Of a DNA stretch of 64,000 nt, positions 8,410-19,773 are shown piece by piece. The stretch is from positions 154,641 through 218,640 of the forward strand of contig CAZIBY010000006.1 in assembly GCA_964537475.1 (NCBI GenBank). Reading direction: 5' to 3'. The translations under genes and the position numbers were made by a program. Source of the DNA: an uncultured Chitinophagaceae bacterium. GTDB lineage: Bacteria; Bacteroidota; Bacteroidia; Chitinophagales; LD1. Below the pieces are notes generated by a model that searched no databases, was not told the DNA's origin, and was given only the letters and a program-made list of their open reading frames with translations. How positions within the stretch are numbered: position 1 is the first letter of the stretch; every line of letters begins with the position of its first letter.

Positions 8410-9651
8410 ATGACTCAAAAAACTAAGACCACCTCTTACCCTAAGGACAAGATCAAGATCCTGCTACTGGAAAACATCAGTGATGCAGCAGTAGAGGAAA
8501 TGAAAGACGCCGGTTATGCTACGATCAAAAAGCTATCCGGCGCGATCAGCGAGAAGGAACTCATGGCCGAGATAAAGGGGGTACACCTGCTAGGTATCCG
8601 CTCCAAGACGCAGGTCACAGAGAAGGTGCTCTCCAAAGCAGACAAGCTGCTCGCTATAGGCTGCTACTGTATCGGTATCAATCAGGTGGACCTCTCAGCA
8701 GCTACTAAGAAGGGCGTTGCAGTTTTCAATGCCCCTTTTTCTAACACCCGCTCTGTAGCGGAGCTGGTGATCGGATCCTCTATCATGCTCATTCGCCGCA
8801 TACCGGATAAAAACAAAGCTGCTCACGAAGGCACCTGGCAGAAAGACGCCAAAGGCAGCTACGAGATGCGCGGCAAAACAATGGGTATCGTAGGCTATGG
8901 CAATATCGGCTCTCAGGTGTCGGTACTGGCGGAAGCACTGGGTATGGACGTGATCTACTACGACCTTGAGCCAAAGTTGCCCCATGGCAATGCGAAGCAG
9001 GTGCGCTCGCTGCGTGAATTGATGAAGAAAGCGGATATCATGACGCTCCACGTACCTAGCGATGCTGGTACCCGCAATATGATCAATGAACAGACATTGG
9101 CCTATCTGAAAAAGGGTACTATCCTGATCAACTATAGTCGCGGTGATGTAGTGGATCTGGACGCTTTGAGGACGTTTATCAAAAATGGAACGGTGACGGG
9201 CGCAGCAGTCGATGTATTTCCCGAGGAACCAGAGAAAAACGGAGAAAAATTTCAGTCCGTCCTGCAAAACCTGCCGAATGTGATACTGACCCCGCATATA
9301 GGAGGATCTACGGAGGAAGCGCAACTCAATATAGGCCTGGATGTGACCTCTAAGCTGCTGAACTACCTGGAGCGCGGAGCCTCCAATGGCTCCCACACCG
9401 TGCCGCAGCTCAATCTGCCCCTGCAGGCCCGGACGCACCGTATATTACATATCCACAATAACGTGCCGGGTGTCCTCGGAGAGATCAACTCTAAGCTTTA
9501 CTCACACGGAATCAATATCTTAGGTCAGTATCTCAAGACCAACGATAGCATAGGATATGTGGTACTGGACATTGATACACGGCTGTCCAATGAGGCTTTT
9601 GCACTGCTTAAAGGCGTGAAAAACACCATCAAAGCGCGTATTTTGTATTAA
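8410..9651 (+). CDS. serA: D-3-phosphoglycerate dehydrogenase with C-terminal ACT domain
   Basis: D-isomer 2-hydroxyacid dehydrogenase core (GIVGYGNIGSQV NAD site, ILTPHIGGST) and an ACT-like tail (HRILHIHNNVPGVLGEINS). I prefer the ATG at 8410 (MTQKTK...) to the GTG at 8386. Confidence 0.9.
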   Translation: MTQKTKTTSYPKDKIKILLLENISDAAVEEMKDAGYATIKKLSGAISEKELMAEIKGVHLLGIRSKTQVTEKVLSKADKLLAIGCYCIGINQVDLSAATKKGVAVFNAPFSNTRSVAELVIGSSIMLIRRIPDKNKAAHEGTWQKDAKGSYEMRGKTMGIVGYGNIGSQVSVLAEALGMDVIYYDLEPKLPHGNAKQVRSLRELMKKADIMTLHVPSDAGTRNMINEQTLAYLKKGTILINYSRGDVVDLDALRTFIKNGTVTGAAVDVFPEEPEKNGEKFQSVLQNLPNVILTPHIGGSTEEAQLNIGLDVTSKLLNYLERGASNGSHTVPQLNLPLQARTHRILHIHNNVPGVLGEINSKLYSHGINILGQYLKTNDSIGYVVLDIDTRLSNEAFALLKGVKNTIKARILY

Positions 9652-9722
9652 TGTGAGAAACAAATTTGCCTTATTGGGCGACATTATATAGTTTTAGGAT
9701 TCTAAACCACAACCACAATACC

Positions 9723-10241
9723 ATGAAGAAAGCACTACTCGCAGCTTTTGTTTTTGCCGGGATATCTGCCGCCAATGCACAGACACTGTCTCCTACTGTC
9801 ATCGCTACAGCGGGCAGTTATTCTACCGGATCTAACGGATATAGCCTCTCCTCCACAGTAGGCGAGCCCGTCATCACCACCCTCACACAGGGCAGCACGA
9901 TACTCACGCAGGGTTTCCAGCAGCCTAATGATGTAGTGAATGGTCTTCTTGATATCGAGAAAGAGGCTGATGGTGCTTTCAGCGTATATCCTAATCCTAC
10001 CAGCGACAAACTGTGGTTCGGTTATGAGTTTAACCAGACAGGTAAAGTTGAGGTTTCTCTGTACGACATCGTAGGCCAGAAGCTGGACTATACACTCAGC
10101 GAGTCATATGACAATGGCAAGCAGATCCATAGCTTTGACTGCTCTTCATACGCAGCGGGCAACTACGTCCTGAGCGTAAAGCTGACACCATCTACCGGCA
10201 AGGAGGTGATCCTCAGCAAGAAATTCCAGGTGATCAACTAA
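9723..10241 (+). CDS. Small secreted protein with T9SS C-terminal sorting domain
   Basis: Signal peptide MKKALLAAFVFAGISAANAQ (ATG at 9723). The C-terminal ~80 aa start with SVYPNPTSDKLWF and end ...GNYVLSVKL...KKFQVIN, the usual Por/T9SS CTD pattern. Confidence 0.7.
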   Translation: MKKALLAAFVFAGISAANAQTLSPTVIATAGSYSTGSNGYSLSSTVGEPVITTLTQGSTILTQGFQQPNDVVNGLLDIEKEADGAFSVYPNPTSDKLWFGYEFNQTGKVEVSLYDIVGQKLDYTLSESYDNGKQIHSFDCSSYAAGNYVLSVKLTPSTGKEVILSKKFQVIN

Positions 10242-10361
10242 ACTCCGGCGCATCAGGCTGGATGTAAGTGAATGCGGGTTCACCGCGTTGCTGTCTCCCT
10301 ATCTTTCGCATTATTTTTTTGTTAAACCCTAATACACATTTTAAAAACAACCCCCTTAATC

Positions 10362-12521
10362 ATGAAGGCAATCAAACAACTATTGACAGTCCTGGCAGTG
10401 CTGATCACGCTAGGGCTGACAGCTCAGGTACCGCAGTACATCAACTATCAGGCGGTAGTGAGAAACGCAGCAGGTGCACCAGTCGCTGGTGGCACAGCTG
10501 TCAAATTCCGCTTTACCATCCTTGATGGTTCATCTACGGGTACTCCTGTCTACACAGAAGTATCAAACTCTCTGACCTCCAATCCATCCGGACTGGTCAA
10601 TACCGCTATAGGTATCAACTCAACTCTTAGCTCCGTGACCTGGGGTACAGGTACCAAGTGGCTGAAAGTAGAAGTAGATGTAAACAACACTGGCAGCTAT
10701 ACAGACATGGGTACACAGCAGTTGGTGAGCGTTCCTTTCGCTCTCTATGCAGCCAACTCGCCTGCAGGTGCCACTGGTAGTACCGGTCCTGCCGGTGCTG
10801 TAGGTCCTACAGGCCCTACGGGTGCGGGTACAGCAGGCGCAGCTGGTCCTACAGGCCCTACAGGTCCTGCCGGCTCTAATGGTTTGAACGGTTCTACAGG
10901 TGCGGTAGGATCTACAGGTGCTACAGGTGCTACCGGTGCTACTGGTGCTGGTGCCACAGGCCCTACTGGTCCTACAGGTGCATCTGGCTCTGCCGGTGGA
11001 GCTACTGGCCCTACCGGCCCAACTGGTCCTACTGGTGCTAGCGGCACAGGTGGTGGCGCTACTGGTCCTACTGGTCCTACAGGTACGGCCGGTGTGGCTG
11101 GCCCTACTGGCCCCGCAGGTACAAATGGATCTAACGGTCTGAATGGTACAAACGGTACGAATGGTAATACCGGTCCTACTGGTCCTACAGGTTCAGCGGG
11201 TACTGTAGGTGCAGCCGGTCCTACGGGTCCTACAGGAGTCGGTATCACAGGTCCTACAGGCCCTACCGGTACAGGCGGTGTGAGCGGTACACAGTACTAT
11301 GTATCTAAATTTGCTACTGCTACTACGCTGGGCAACTCCCAGATATGGGACAATGGTACCAGCATCGCGATAGGTACTACCTCTCCGCTGGCTACTAATA
11401 AAGTAACGCTGAACAATGCGATGACCACCGGTGGCAATGCACTCCTGATCTCTGCCACAGGTACTGCCAGTACCACAGCTATTTATACAGGTGTATCTTC
11501 TTTCGTGACAGCTACCGGTGCTGCTAATATAGCTGTGCGCGGCGTATCAAACGGCGTAGCTACCACGAGCCCGGAGAATGTAGGTGGCTACTTTGCTGCA
11601 TCCGGTGCTTCCACTACTGCCAATCCTACAGCCTATGGCCTCAACCTGGCGGTAGTAGCTGATGCCAGCTCTTACGGCTCTGCTTATACATACAATGAGG
11701 CAATATCTGCGTCTACAGATAGTACAAGGGGTGCCAGCCGCGCAGTAGAGGCTTTCGCTTCTTCTAAGTTTGCAGGCTTCAATCAAGGTGTCTACGGCGT
11801 AGCAGACGGCGCACTGAGCAGTACCTCCTCACTCAATGAAGGTGTACACGGCCTCGCTCACCTGGGTGCAGGCTACAATGTAGGCGTATACGGCGAAGTG
11901 GATACATCTATCGGTACTACCGGTTTTGGTATCATAGGTGATGCCGGTAGCTGCCCTAACTGTGCTACTGCAAACTGGGCCGGTGAATTCTTTGGTGATG
12001 TAGATGTACAAGGTGCTCTCTCTAAGAGCAGCGGTACATTCAAGATAGACCACCCGCAAGATCCGGCTAACAAATACCTCTATCATTCATTTGTAGAGAG
12101 CCCTGATATGATGAATATCTACAATGGTAACATCACTACAGATGCAAACGGTGAGGCTATCGTAGACCTGCCTGGTTACTTTGAGGCAGAGAACATTGAC
12201 TTCCGCTATCAACTCACTGTAATAGGTGCATTTGCACAAGCTATCGTGTCTAAGGAGATTGCAAACAATCAGTTTGTAGTAAAGACTGACAAGCCAAACG
12301 TAAAAGTAAGCTGGATGGTGACAGGCGTAAGAAATGATGCCTGGGCTCAGAACCACAGGGTGGTGGCTGAAGTACAAAAGGCTGCCAAGGATGCGGGCAA
12401 ATACCTGCATCCTGAGCTCTACGGTATGAGCAATGAATACAGGATCAACTATATCCCACGCACGGAGATGATGAAGAACAGGGCTCCTCGCAAGCCTGTA
12501 GCATCTACTCCGGCCAAATAA
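10362..12521 (+). CDS. Collagen-like (G-X-Y) repeat secreted protein with globular N- and C-terminal domains; no T9SS CTD seen
   Basis: Signal peptide, then an N-domain ending [12 protein letters not shown], then 174 aa of Gly-X-Y repeats (GPTGPTG...), then a Gly/Ala/Ser/Thr-rich region and a C-domain ([32 protein letters not shown]...). Confidence 0.85.
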   Translation: MKAIKQLLTVLAVLITLGLTAQVPQYINYQAVVRNAAGAPVAGGTAVKFRFTILDGSSTGTPVYTEVSNSLTSNPSGLVNTAIGINSTLSSVTWGTGTKWLKVEVDVNNTGSYTDMGTQQLVSVPFALYAANSPAGATGSTGPAGAVGPTGPTGAGTAGAAGPTGPTGPAGSNGLNGSTGAVGSTGATGATGATGAGATGPTGPTGASGSAGGATGPTGPTGPTGASGTGGGATGPTGPTGTAGVAGPTGPAGTNGSNGLNGTNGTNGNTGPTGPTGSAGTVGAAGPTGPTGVGITGPTGPTGTGGVSGTQYYVSKFATATTLGNSQIWDNGTSIAIGTTSPLATNKVTLNNAMTTGGNALLISATGTASTTAIYTGVSSFVTATGAANIAVRGVSNGVATTSPENVGGYFAASGASTTANPTAYGLNLAVVADASSYGSAYTYNEAISASTDSTRGASRAVEAFASSKFAGFNQGVYGVADGALSSTSSLNEGVHGLAHLGAGYNVGVYGEVDTSIGTTGFGIIGDAGSCPNCATANWAGEFFGDVDVQGALSKSSGTFKIDHPQDPANKYLYHSFVESPDMMNIYNGNITTDANGEAIVDLPGYFEAENIDFRYQLTVIGAFAQAIVSKEIANNQFVVKTDKPNVKVSWMVTGVRNDAWAQNHRVVAEVQKAAKDAGKYLHPELYGMSNEYRINYIPRTEMMKNRAPRKPVASTPAK
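10767..11288 (+). repeat. Collagen-type triplet repeat (coding, 9-bp G-X-Y periodicity, mostly GGT-CCT-ACN)
   Basis: 174 codons from [10 protein letters not shown] to GTGGVSG. The register is broken at least at [18 protein letters not shown] and [10 protein letters not shown]. The other frames and strand are open here only because of the repeat. Confidence 0.9.
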
Positions 12522-12544
12522 TCTGGATAAATAACCTTCTAAAA

Positions 12545-12580
12545 CCCCTCATAGCATCTCTATGAGGGGTTTTTGTTTTT
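12545..12580 (+). terminator. Rho-independent terminator after the collagen-like gene
   Basis: CCCCTCATA (12545-12553) pairs with TATGAGGGG (12561-12569) around a 7-nt loop and is followed by TTTTTGTTTTT. Confidence 0.8.
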
Positions 12581-12598
12581 AGCCAATATATTTGCCTC

Positions 12599-13249
12599 AT
12601 GAATTTCAGGGTGTTTTCATTTTTTGCTATAAGCACGGCTATTCTACTTGCCGGCTGCCAGGATCACAAGCCTGCTATCGAAACTTTTGGCCAGCTGGAC
12701 AGCGCGGCTATAGGCGCTGACACGGGTATGCAGGTCAATATGGACCGCTCATATGAGTATCTGCGCACATTTGCCGAGGGTGACTCCGTCGCTTATGATT
12801 TCCTGGCCTATGACAAGCCCAGGGGATCAAGCAACCCTGAATGGGAATCAAAATTTATACTGATAAGAAGGTCCCACTCGCGCCAGGACACGGTGGTCAA
12901 GGCGGGACGTGCCAGTGTAGTACGGAGTAGCTGGATGAGTGATATAGATGGCAATGGCCGTCGCGAGTTCTTTTTTTACGAATCACCCGTGATAGCCGAC
13001 AAAGGCCCCGTCACGCTCTATGCCTATGAGTCAAATGGCCCGAAGCAGATGAGCAGGATCACTGCTACTCTCAAAAACGAGGATGCACATTATCGCGGCC
13101 GGGATACATTTTTTCTAAACGATGATCGTATCATCAGGCTCACTCCCTACTTCAGCAGTACTCATGACAGCACAGCCACCGGCGTGATGCGCCAGCGCTA
13201 CAAACTCTCAGGTGAAAAACTGATCCTGGAGAGTGAATCCCGGCAGTGA
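12599..13249 (+). CDS. Hypothetical lipoprotein
   Basis: 216-aa ORF. Signal peptide with lipobox (AILLAGCQDH). It contains a DIDGNGRREFFFY segment reminiscent of FG-GAP/VCBS-type loops. Family not recognised. Confidence 0.6.
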   Translation: MNFRVFSFFAISTAILLAGCQDHKPAIETFGQLDSAAIGADTGMQVNMDRSYEYLRTFAEGDSVAYDFLAYDKPRGSSNPEWESKFILIRRSHSRQDTVVKAGRASVVRSSWMSDIDGNGRREFFFYESPVIADKGPVTLYAYESNGPKQMSRITATLKNEDAHYRGRDTFFLNDDRIIRLTPYFSSTHDSTATGVMRQRYKLSGEKLILESESRQ

Positions 13250-13336
13250 TCCATCGCTGTAAGGTTTACTGTACGCTGCCAGCGGAGGTCTTTTTCCTTT
13301 GTTGAAAAACGAGTGGGTCGAAAGACAGCCTTTGAC

Positions 13337-13344
13337 TACATTTG
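13337..13344 (+). promoter_or_regulatory. Candidate Bacteroidota -7 promoter box (TAcaTTTG) for eno
   Basis: TACATTTG lies 47 nt upstream of the eno ATG. It is the same octamer as upstream of glyA and matches the TAnnTTTG consensus. Confidence 0.3.
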
Positions 13345-13370
13345 CCCGCGGTACCTACCATTTTATTTAA

Positions 13371-14678
<1,308 letters not shown>

Positions 14679-14746
14679 TCGTTTAAGGATATGGAGCCCT
14701 GCCCGTCTGATCGGGTACTGGCCGATTTTGTGACTGAAATGAGATT

Positions 14747-15892
14747 ATGACCCGGATTGTCGCTGTTATTGTCTTTTTATGCTCGGTGCTGCATGCATTT
14801 GCGGGCGAATTTACCGGCAATAAGATGCTGGAAGTACTCGGTGAAGACCGCAATGGTCCTGTGGCCGGCAGGCTCAAAACAGAGTACCTGCTAGACAAGG
14901 CCATGAAAAACCCTGAGCTGGGTATCAAGCTGACCGTGACACATGACTCCATCAGTGTGGTCACAGCCATCACGCTCACAGCAGGTGGCCACGAGATCAA
15001 TGACATCAAGTACAAGGAATTCAATCAGGCGCTGCCTTTCAATATCACTTTTGATGACGGAGAGGAAACGCTGATCCAGAAACTCGGTGAGGCAAAAAGC
15101 GGGGGAGAGGATCGTCTGAAATTTAAGAAAGACGGCATCACGATCAACGTGTATTTCAAATCGGTCACCAAGAAAAAGATCGCTTTCCTGAAATTTACTC
15201 AGAATATCGGCATGGTAGGTCCATACCGCCTGGAGGGTAGCCACGAGGCGCCTGTAGTAGCCGCAGCACCTGTACCTGCCAAGGCTGATGCCTCTACCCG
15301 TGACTCACGTATCGCTGCCGCCAAAGCTGCTACAGATAATAACGCCAAAGCTGCAGCGAGTCCTACCAAGACTGTGGCCTCTCTACCGGTGCCTGCTACT
15401 TTTGGCAAGACCAGTACAGCAGCAGCAGTGGCCAATAAGAGCAAATTCTATAAGGCTATCATGAGCGTGATAGAATCGGGAGAAGAAGAAATGTTTAAGG
15501 ATATCCAGAAGGCCCCCAGCGCCAGGTCAAACTTCTGGAACTATAAATACACCTACGCTACTTCCATCGCCATTCCCGGTGAGAAGTATAATATGCTGTA
15601 TAGCTTTCCTTTTCAAAAGTCTCAACTGGACTTTGTATCAGTGCTGGAGGAGACAGATGGTGCCAGCGCGGCTATAGGCAGCAAGTATGTGGAGATGGAA
15701 ACGGCACTCAAACATGACTTCCCTAACTCTGAGGGCTGGGTGTACCACTATACTGTAAATCCTGAAGATCCTAAGGGGCCCAAAGACTTTGAGCTGAAAA
15801 ATGCCAAGCTGGGTAGTATCGTATTGGATCACTCTGTGAATCCATATGGCAAGCACGTACTCTATCTGCGCTTCCTGCTGCAGTACGATTGA
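14747..15892 (+). CDS. Hypothetical secreted protein (two globular parts joined by an Ala/Pro-rich linker)
   Basis: 381-aa ORF with an N-terminal signal-like segment (VAVIVFLCSVLHAFAG) and a central low-complexity stretch APVVAAAPVPAKADAS...AAASPTKT. No family recognised. Confidence 0.55.
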   Translation: MTRIVAVIVFLCSVLHAFAGEFTGNKMLEVLGEDRNGPVAGRLKTEYLLDKAMKNPELGIKLTVTHDSISVVTAITLTAGGHEINDIKYKEFNQALPFNITFDDGEETLIQKLGEAKSGGEDRLKFKKDGITINVYFKSVTKKKIAFLKFTQNIGMVGPYRLEGSHEAPVVAAAPVPAKADASTRDSRIAAAKAATDNNAKAAASPTKTVASLPVPATFGKTSTAAAVANKSKFYKAIMSVIESGEEEMFKDIQKAPSARSNFWNYKYTYATSIAIPGEKYNMLYSFPFQKSQLDFVSVLEETDGASAAIGSKYVEMETALKHDFPNSEGWVYHYTVNPEDPKGPKDFELKNAKLGSIVLDHSVNPYGKHVLYLRFLLQYD

Positions 15893-15893
15893 T

Positions 15894-17045
15894 CTACATC
15901 GCTCTCACTCCATCACATGCCTGTGAGGCATAGATCTCACATTGTAGTCCCGTCACCGTTTCATACCTCCTTGATAGGATATCTGTGAAAGATTGGATCG
16001 TATTTTTCCTGACCAGCGCTATCGCGCAGCCACCAAAGCCACCCCCTGTCATCCGTGCCCCGAGGCACCCATTTATATTTTGAGCTGTCTCTGCCAGCGT
16101 ATCCATTTCCAGTCCGGTTACTTCATAGTCTTCCTTCATAGAGGTATGAGACGCCGTCATCAGCCTGCCGAAAGTATGAAGGTCACCCATGCGTAGTGCA
16201 TTAGCAGCATGTTTCACACGCAGGTTTTCAGATACCACGTGGCGCGCACGCCTCCGTATTACATCGTCGCCGATACCAGCTACCGTTTCCATGGTCGCAT
16301 CTACCAGGTATTGACCTTCGGTCAAAGCCCCTTTTGATCTCAAAACACGTACTGCTTCATCGCTCTCAGCCTTGCGTTCATTATACGCAGACTTGATCAG
16401 GCTCCGCGGCTTCTTGCTATTGATCACCAGCAGCGCATAGTCATCCAGCTCAAAAGGGATATGCTCATGAGCCAGCGTATTACAGTTCAGCAACAGCGCA
16501 TGGTCCTTTTTACAATTGGCTACTGCAAACTGATCCATGATACCGCATTTTACGCCTATGAATTCATTCTCTACTTTCTGGCAGAGCACTGCTATTTCTG
16601 GCAAGTTGATCTTTCCTCCATATTCAGTAAGTAGAATAAAAGTCGTCAGTACCTCGATGGCCGCAGAGGATGACAGACCGGAACCTTCAGGCAAATCGCT
16701 ATCGAAAAAAAGATTAAAACCATCCAATTTCAATCCATCATTCTGCAATCTTTGGATCACACCTAGCGGATAATTACACCAACCTATCTCAGATGAATAG
16801 GCCTCGGGTATAGTTTCAGCAGTGAAGAGTGTAAGATTGCTATGGGTAGTGGATTTTAGTTGGATGAGACTCTCCGGATTTTCTTTAAATATTCCCTTGA
16901 TTCCTTGATTGATTGCTATAGGCATTACGAGGCCGCCATTGTAGTCAATATGCTCTCCTATCAAATTAACACGGCCCGGAGCGAAGTACTGCTTATACCC
17001 CATGCTGCCAGCCTTGCCGAAAAGATCTTTGAGCTCAAGGATCAT
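15894..17045 (-). CDS. galK: Galactokinase
   Basis: Galactokinase signature GRVNLIGEHIDYNGG and GHMP kinase motif PEGSGLSSSAA. I place the start at the ATG at 17045 (MILELKDLF...), 2 nt after the galT stop. Confidence 0.95.
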   Translation of the reverse strand: MILELKDLFGKAGSMGYKQYFAPGRVNLIGEHIDYNGGLVMPIAINQGIKGIFKENPESLIQLKSTTHSNLTLFTAETIPEAYSSEIGWCNYPLGVIQRLQNDGLKLDGFNLFFDSDLPEGSGLSSSAAIEVLTTFILLTEYGGKINLPEIAVLCQKVENEFIGVKCGIMDQFAVANCKKDHALLLNCNTLAHEHIPFELDDYALLVINSKKPRSLIKSAYNERKAESDEAVRVLRSKGALTEGQYLVDATMETVAGIGDDVIRRRARHVVSENLRVKHAANALRMGDLHTFGRLMTASHTSMKEDYEVTGLEMDTLAETAQNINGCLGARMTGGGFGGCAIALVRKNTIQSFTDILSRRYETVTGLQCEIYASQACDGVRAM

Positions 17046-17047
17046 TT

Positions 17048-18016
17048 TTACTTGATTATACTTTTTAGTATCGCTGCGCACTCATCCACATCCAGCGGAT
17101 TGGCTGCGGCGCCGGCACCCATCTCGCTACCGGCATACCACTTGATCTTATCCTTGGCCCGCAGCGGCGGATAGAACTCTATATGAAAAGCAAAGTAGTC
17201 CGCAGAATCTTTGTATGCCGGACTATTGACAGGACTCTGATGGATAGCCATGATATAGGGGAATGGCCTGTCATACACCTGGTCAAATCCCTTTACGACC
17301 TGTTTGAGCATCACGGCGAGGTCTTTCTTTTCATTCAGCGTAAACTCCGTAAAATTCTGTTTCAGTTTCTTATTGACTATGAAAAGCCCGAAAGGGTAAT
17401 CCGTAAAATAGGGTATGTATGCAATGAAGGATTTATTTTCCAGCACTACGCGTTTCTTGTATTTCTTCTCGGCGGCATTCAGGTCTTTGAAAAGATTGCT
17501 GCCGTGCTGCTTATAGTATTTCTTGCAGTTGTTCAGCTCCGCGCGTACCTTGTCCGGTATCCATGAGTAGGCGTACAGCTGTCCATGAGGGTGCAGCATG
17601 GTCACGCCTACCTCCTCACCTCGGTTTTCAAACTCATAGATGTACTTGATCTTCTTGTCCCGGCTCAGCTCGCGGTAGCGGTCCGTCCATAGCTCTACGA
17701 TCTTCAGTACATGCTCATCGCTCAGCTCATAGATTTTCTGCGTATGCTGTGATGAGTAGAGGATCACCTCACATTTGCCATACGCCTCTTCCGCTATGAA
17801 ATTCTTACCCGTCTTTTTCTTGTCGACACCTTCCGGTTGCTGACTTAGAACCGGGAAGTCATTCGTATATGCGTACACATCATATGCAGCGGGCACGCTC
17901 TTACCCTCTCCCGGGCAGAAGGCACAATAATCAGCAGAAAGATGGGGGCGGTTCTGGCGGTTGGTAGCTACCATCGTCCAGGTATCTAGCAGGGGATTGT
18001 AGCGCAGCTCCGGCAT
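17048..18016 (-). CDS. galT: Galactose-1-phosphate uridylyltransferase (HIT family)
   Basis: 322 aa. Zinc-site CAFCPG and active-site HPHGQ (MLHPHGQLYAYSW). The start ATG overlaps the stop of the upstream OMP gene (TGATG at 18014-18018). Confidence 0.9.
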   Translation of the reverse strand: MPELRYNPLLDTWTMVATNRQNRPHLSADYCAFCPGEGKSVPAAYDVYAYTNDFPVLSQQPEGVDKKKTGKNFIAEEAYGKCEVILYSSQHTQKIYELSDEHVLKIVELWTDRYRELSRDKKIKYIYEFENRGEEVGVTMLHPHGQLYAYSWIPDKVRAELNNCKKYYKQHGSNLFKDLNAAEKKYKKRVVLENKSFIAYIPYFTDYPFGLFIVNKKLKQNFTEFTLNEKKDLAVMLKQVVKGFDQVYDRPFPYIMAIHQSPVNSPAYKDSADYFAFHIEFYPPLRAKDKIKWYAGSEMGAGAAANPLDVDECAAILKSIIK

Positions 18017-19722
18017 CAGAAGTCGTATTTGCGCTGAGCCAGATTCATACGCACACCTACACCAAAGTAGAATGTACTTTCGCGGAAAGCCGCTTGTTCA
18101 CTGCTCTTATTTCTATAAAAGGTCTCCAGGTCCACATAGATATTATGCCATGGTTGGTAGCTCACACGCAGGTTGATATATGATATCAGGCCGCGTGCTC
18201 CTTGTCCTATCTTATTACCAAATTCCTTAGTGGCCGCGTCCTGGCGCAGTATATCTCCGCCGTAGTTGCCCAGTACACCTGTAGCTGTGATGGTCGTATC
18301 CTGGCCTACGCGCGCCTCGATATTGCGCAGGGTCAGTGTCCAGCGCGGAGCCGGCTGGTAGCGCAGCTGTGTGATAAACTCTGCAAAGTTAGCTCCCAGC
18401 GGATCACCCAGTGGCTGGTTATAGTTGGTATAGCTCAGGTCACCCTCGTGGGTATAGGTGAATGGGCGCACAGCGTTAAATTCAAATTGCCCATCCAGGT
18501 TCGGTATGATGTCTATGTATTTCACACCCAGCTGTACACCGTATTTATTTCCCCGCCAGCCATTAGACTTGATCATATTCTTCACGTTAAACTCGTCCAG
18601 CACGAGCTGACCATAGAGCTGCATATGGTTGAAGGCATTCGCCTTGAAGTCTGCACCTACGAATACGTTATCCGGGCTACCAAGGGCATGCTCCACAGCA
18701 CGGTAGAAGATGATGGGATTCAGATACGATGGGTCCAGATTATTACCACTGCGGCGGGAGATGACTCCCTCAAAGAGGCCGAGATCCAGCCAGCGCGTCA
18801 CTTTGATATTGAGGTGGTGGAACGCGCCATACTTTTGCAGATAGGTTCCGTCTACACTACCATAGCTGGTGCGGTCAGGATTGGTGAGCTGCGTGATCAT
18901 GCTGACATACTCAAATCTCCAGAAGGTTAGTTTATACTTCAGGAATAAGTACGGAGCCGAGTTGTCTGAAAGATATAGGGAGCGGATACCGTTACCCCAG
19001 AAGTGCTTGTCTCGGCCAAAGGTGATATTGAGATAGTTCAGCACATTGATATTGACATAGCCGCGCGCATCAAACCAGTTGGTCCCGTCTTTGAATTTAA
19101 AGATAGAAGATGAGTAACCCTTGTAGTAGGCAAACCCATAAACATAACCCTGAGAGGTAAAGGCTCTATCTGCTGCATAGCTGGGAGCCCGCTCGGCGCC
19201 TCCGGTGGCCTGCAGGTAGAAGCTCAGCACTTTCTTGATATTGCCACGAAACTCAACGCCAAAGCTCCTGTAGAAATTGAAGCGCCCCCCGCCGGCAGAC
19301 TCACCGCCCACATGCACATCCACTACCGGATTGAATCGAAGGTCAAAGAGTCCCTTCTTTTTTGAAGACACATGAGCAAAGCTCGCCGGCTCACGATATA
19401 GCTTTTTGAGGAATGGCTTGCGTGTCTTGCTCGTCACACTGTCCAGCCATTCTGCATTATCATCCATCAGGTACTGTATCTGAAACTCGTTGACCTTATT
19501 CTGCTTCAGGTTTGAGAAGTGCATTTTCTCTGCCATGCCGGCCACCTCTCCGCGGATAAAAGGTTTATCTCCCGTATGGATCATAGGCAGTATGCGGCCA
19601 TACTTCACATCCAGGCGATCTACGTAGTCGTACGTGTCTCCTCCCACCGGTACGTATGTGCCCTGCGCGATACCCATCACGCCCGCTGCGATACCTGCTG
19701 CCAGGAGTAGTACTTTCTTCAT
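18016..19722 (-). CDS. Outer-membrane beta-barrel protein, possibly Wzi-like capsule-assembly family
   Basis: Signal peptide MKKVLLLAAGIAAGVMGIAQG, alternating beta-strand-like composition, and a C-terminal aromatic end (RKYDF). The N-terminal TYDYVDRLDVKYGRILPMIHTGDKPFIRGEV resembles what I remember of the Wzi N-terminus. The family call is tentative. Confidence 0.45.
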   Translation of the reverse strand: MKKVLLLAAGIAAGVMGIAQGTYVPVGGDTYDYVDRLDVKYGRILPMIHTGDKPFIRGEVAGMAEKMHFSNLKQNKVNEFQIQYLMDDNAEWLDSVTSKTRKPFLKKLYREPASFAHVSSKKKGLFDLRFNPVVDVHVGGESAGGGRFNFYRSFGVEFRGNIKKVLSFYLQATGGAERAPSYAADRAFTSQGYVYGFAYYKGYSSSIFKFKDGTNWFDARGYVNINVLNYLNITFGRDKHFWGNGIRSLYLSDNSAPYLFLKYKLTFWRFEYVSMITQLTNPDRTSYGSVDGTYLQKYGAFHHLNIKVTRWLDLGLFEGVISRRSGNNLDPSYLNPIIFYRAVEHALGSPDNVFVGADFKANAFNHMQLYGQLVLDEFNVKNMIKSNGWRGNKYGVQLGVKYIDIIPNLDGQFEFNAVRPFTYTHEGDLSYTNYNQPLGDPLGANFAEFITQLRYQPAPRWTLTLRNIEARVGQDTTITATGVLGNYGGDILRQDAATKEFGNKIGQGARGLISYINLRVSYQPWHNIYVDLETFYRNKSSEQAAFRESTFYFGVGVRMNLAQRKYDF

Positions 19723-19773
19723 TACAGATCTTTACGTAGCCAAGATAAAATTTTTGGCCTAAAAGTGACAGCC

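Noticed and set aside
8695-9438. 247-aa antisense ORF inside serA. Similar shadow ORFs lie at 38719-39360 (opposite pyrH), 18202-18930 (opposite the OMP gene), 43750-44379 (opposite the TonB receptor), 38110-38655 and 28885-29367
   Set aside because: All lie opposite confidently assigned genes, lack start context or motifs, and have shadow-frame composition.
10745-11248. 167-aa minus-strand ORF (PVGPVGP...) and a plus-strand alternative frame (10918-11142) in the collagen repeat
   Set aside because: They are open only because the 9-bp GGT-CCT-ACN periodicity removes stops in several frames. The G-X-Y frame is continuous with a signal peptide and flanking globular domains.
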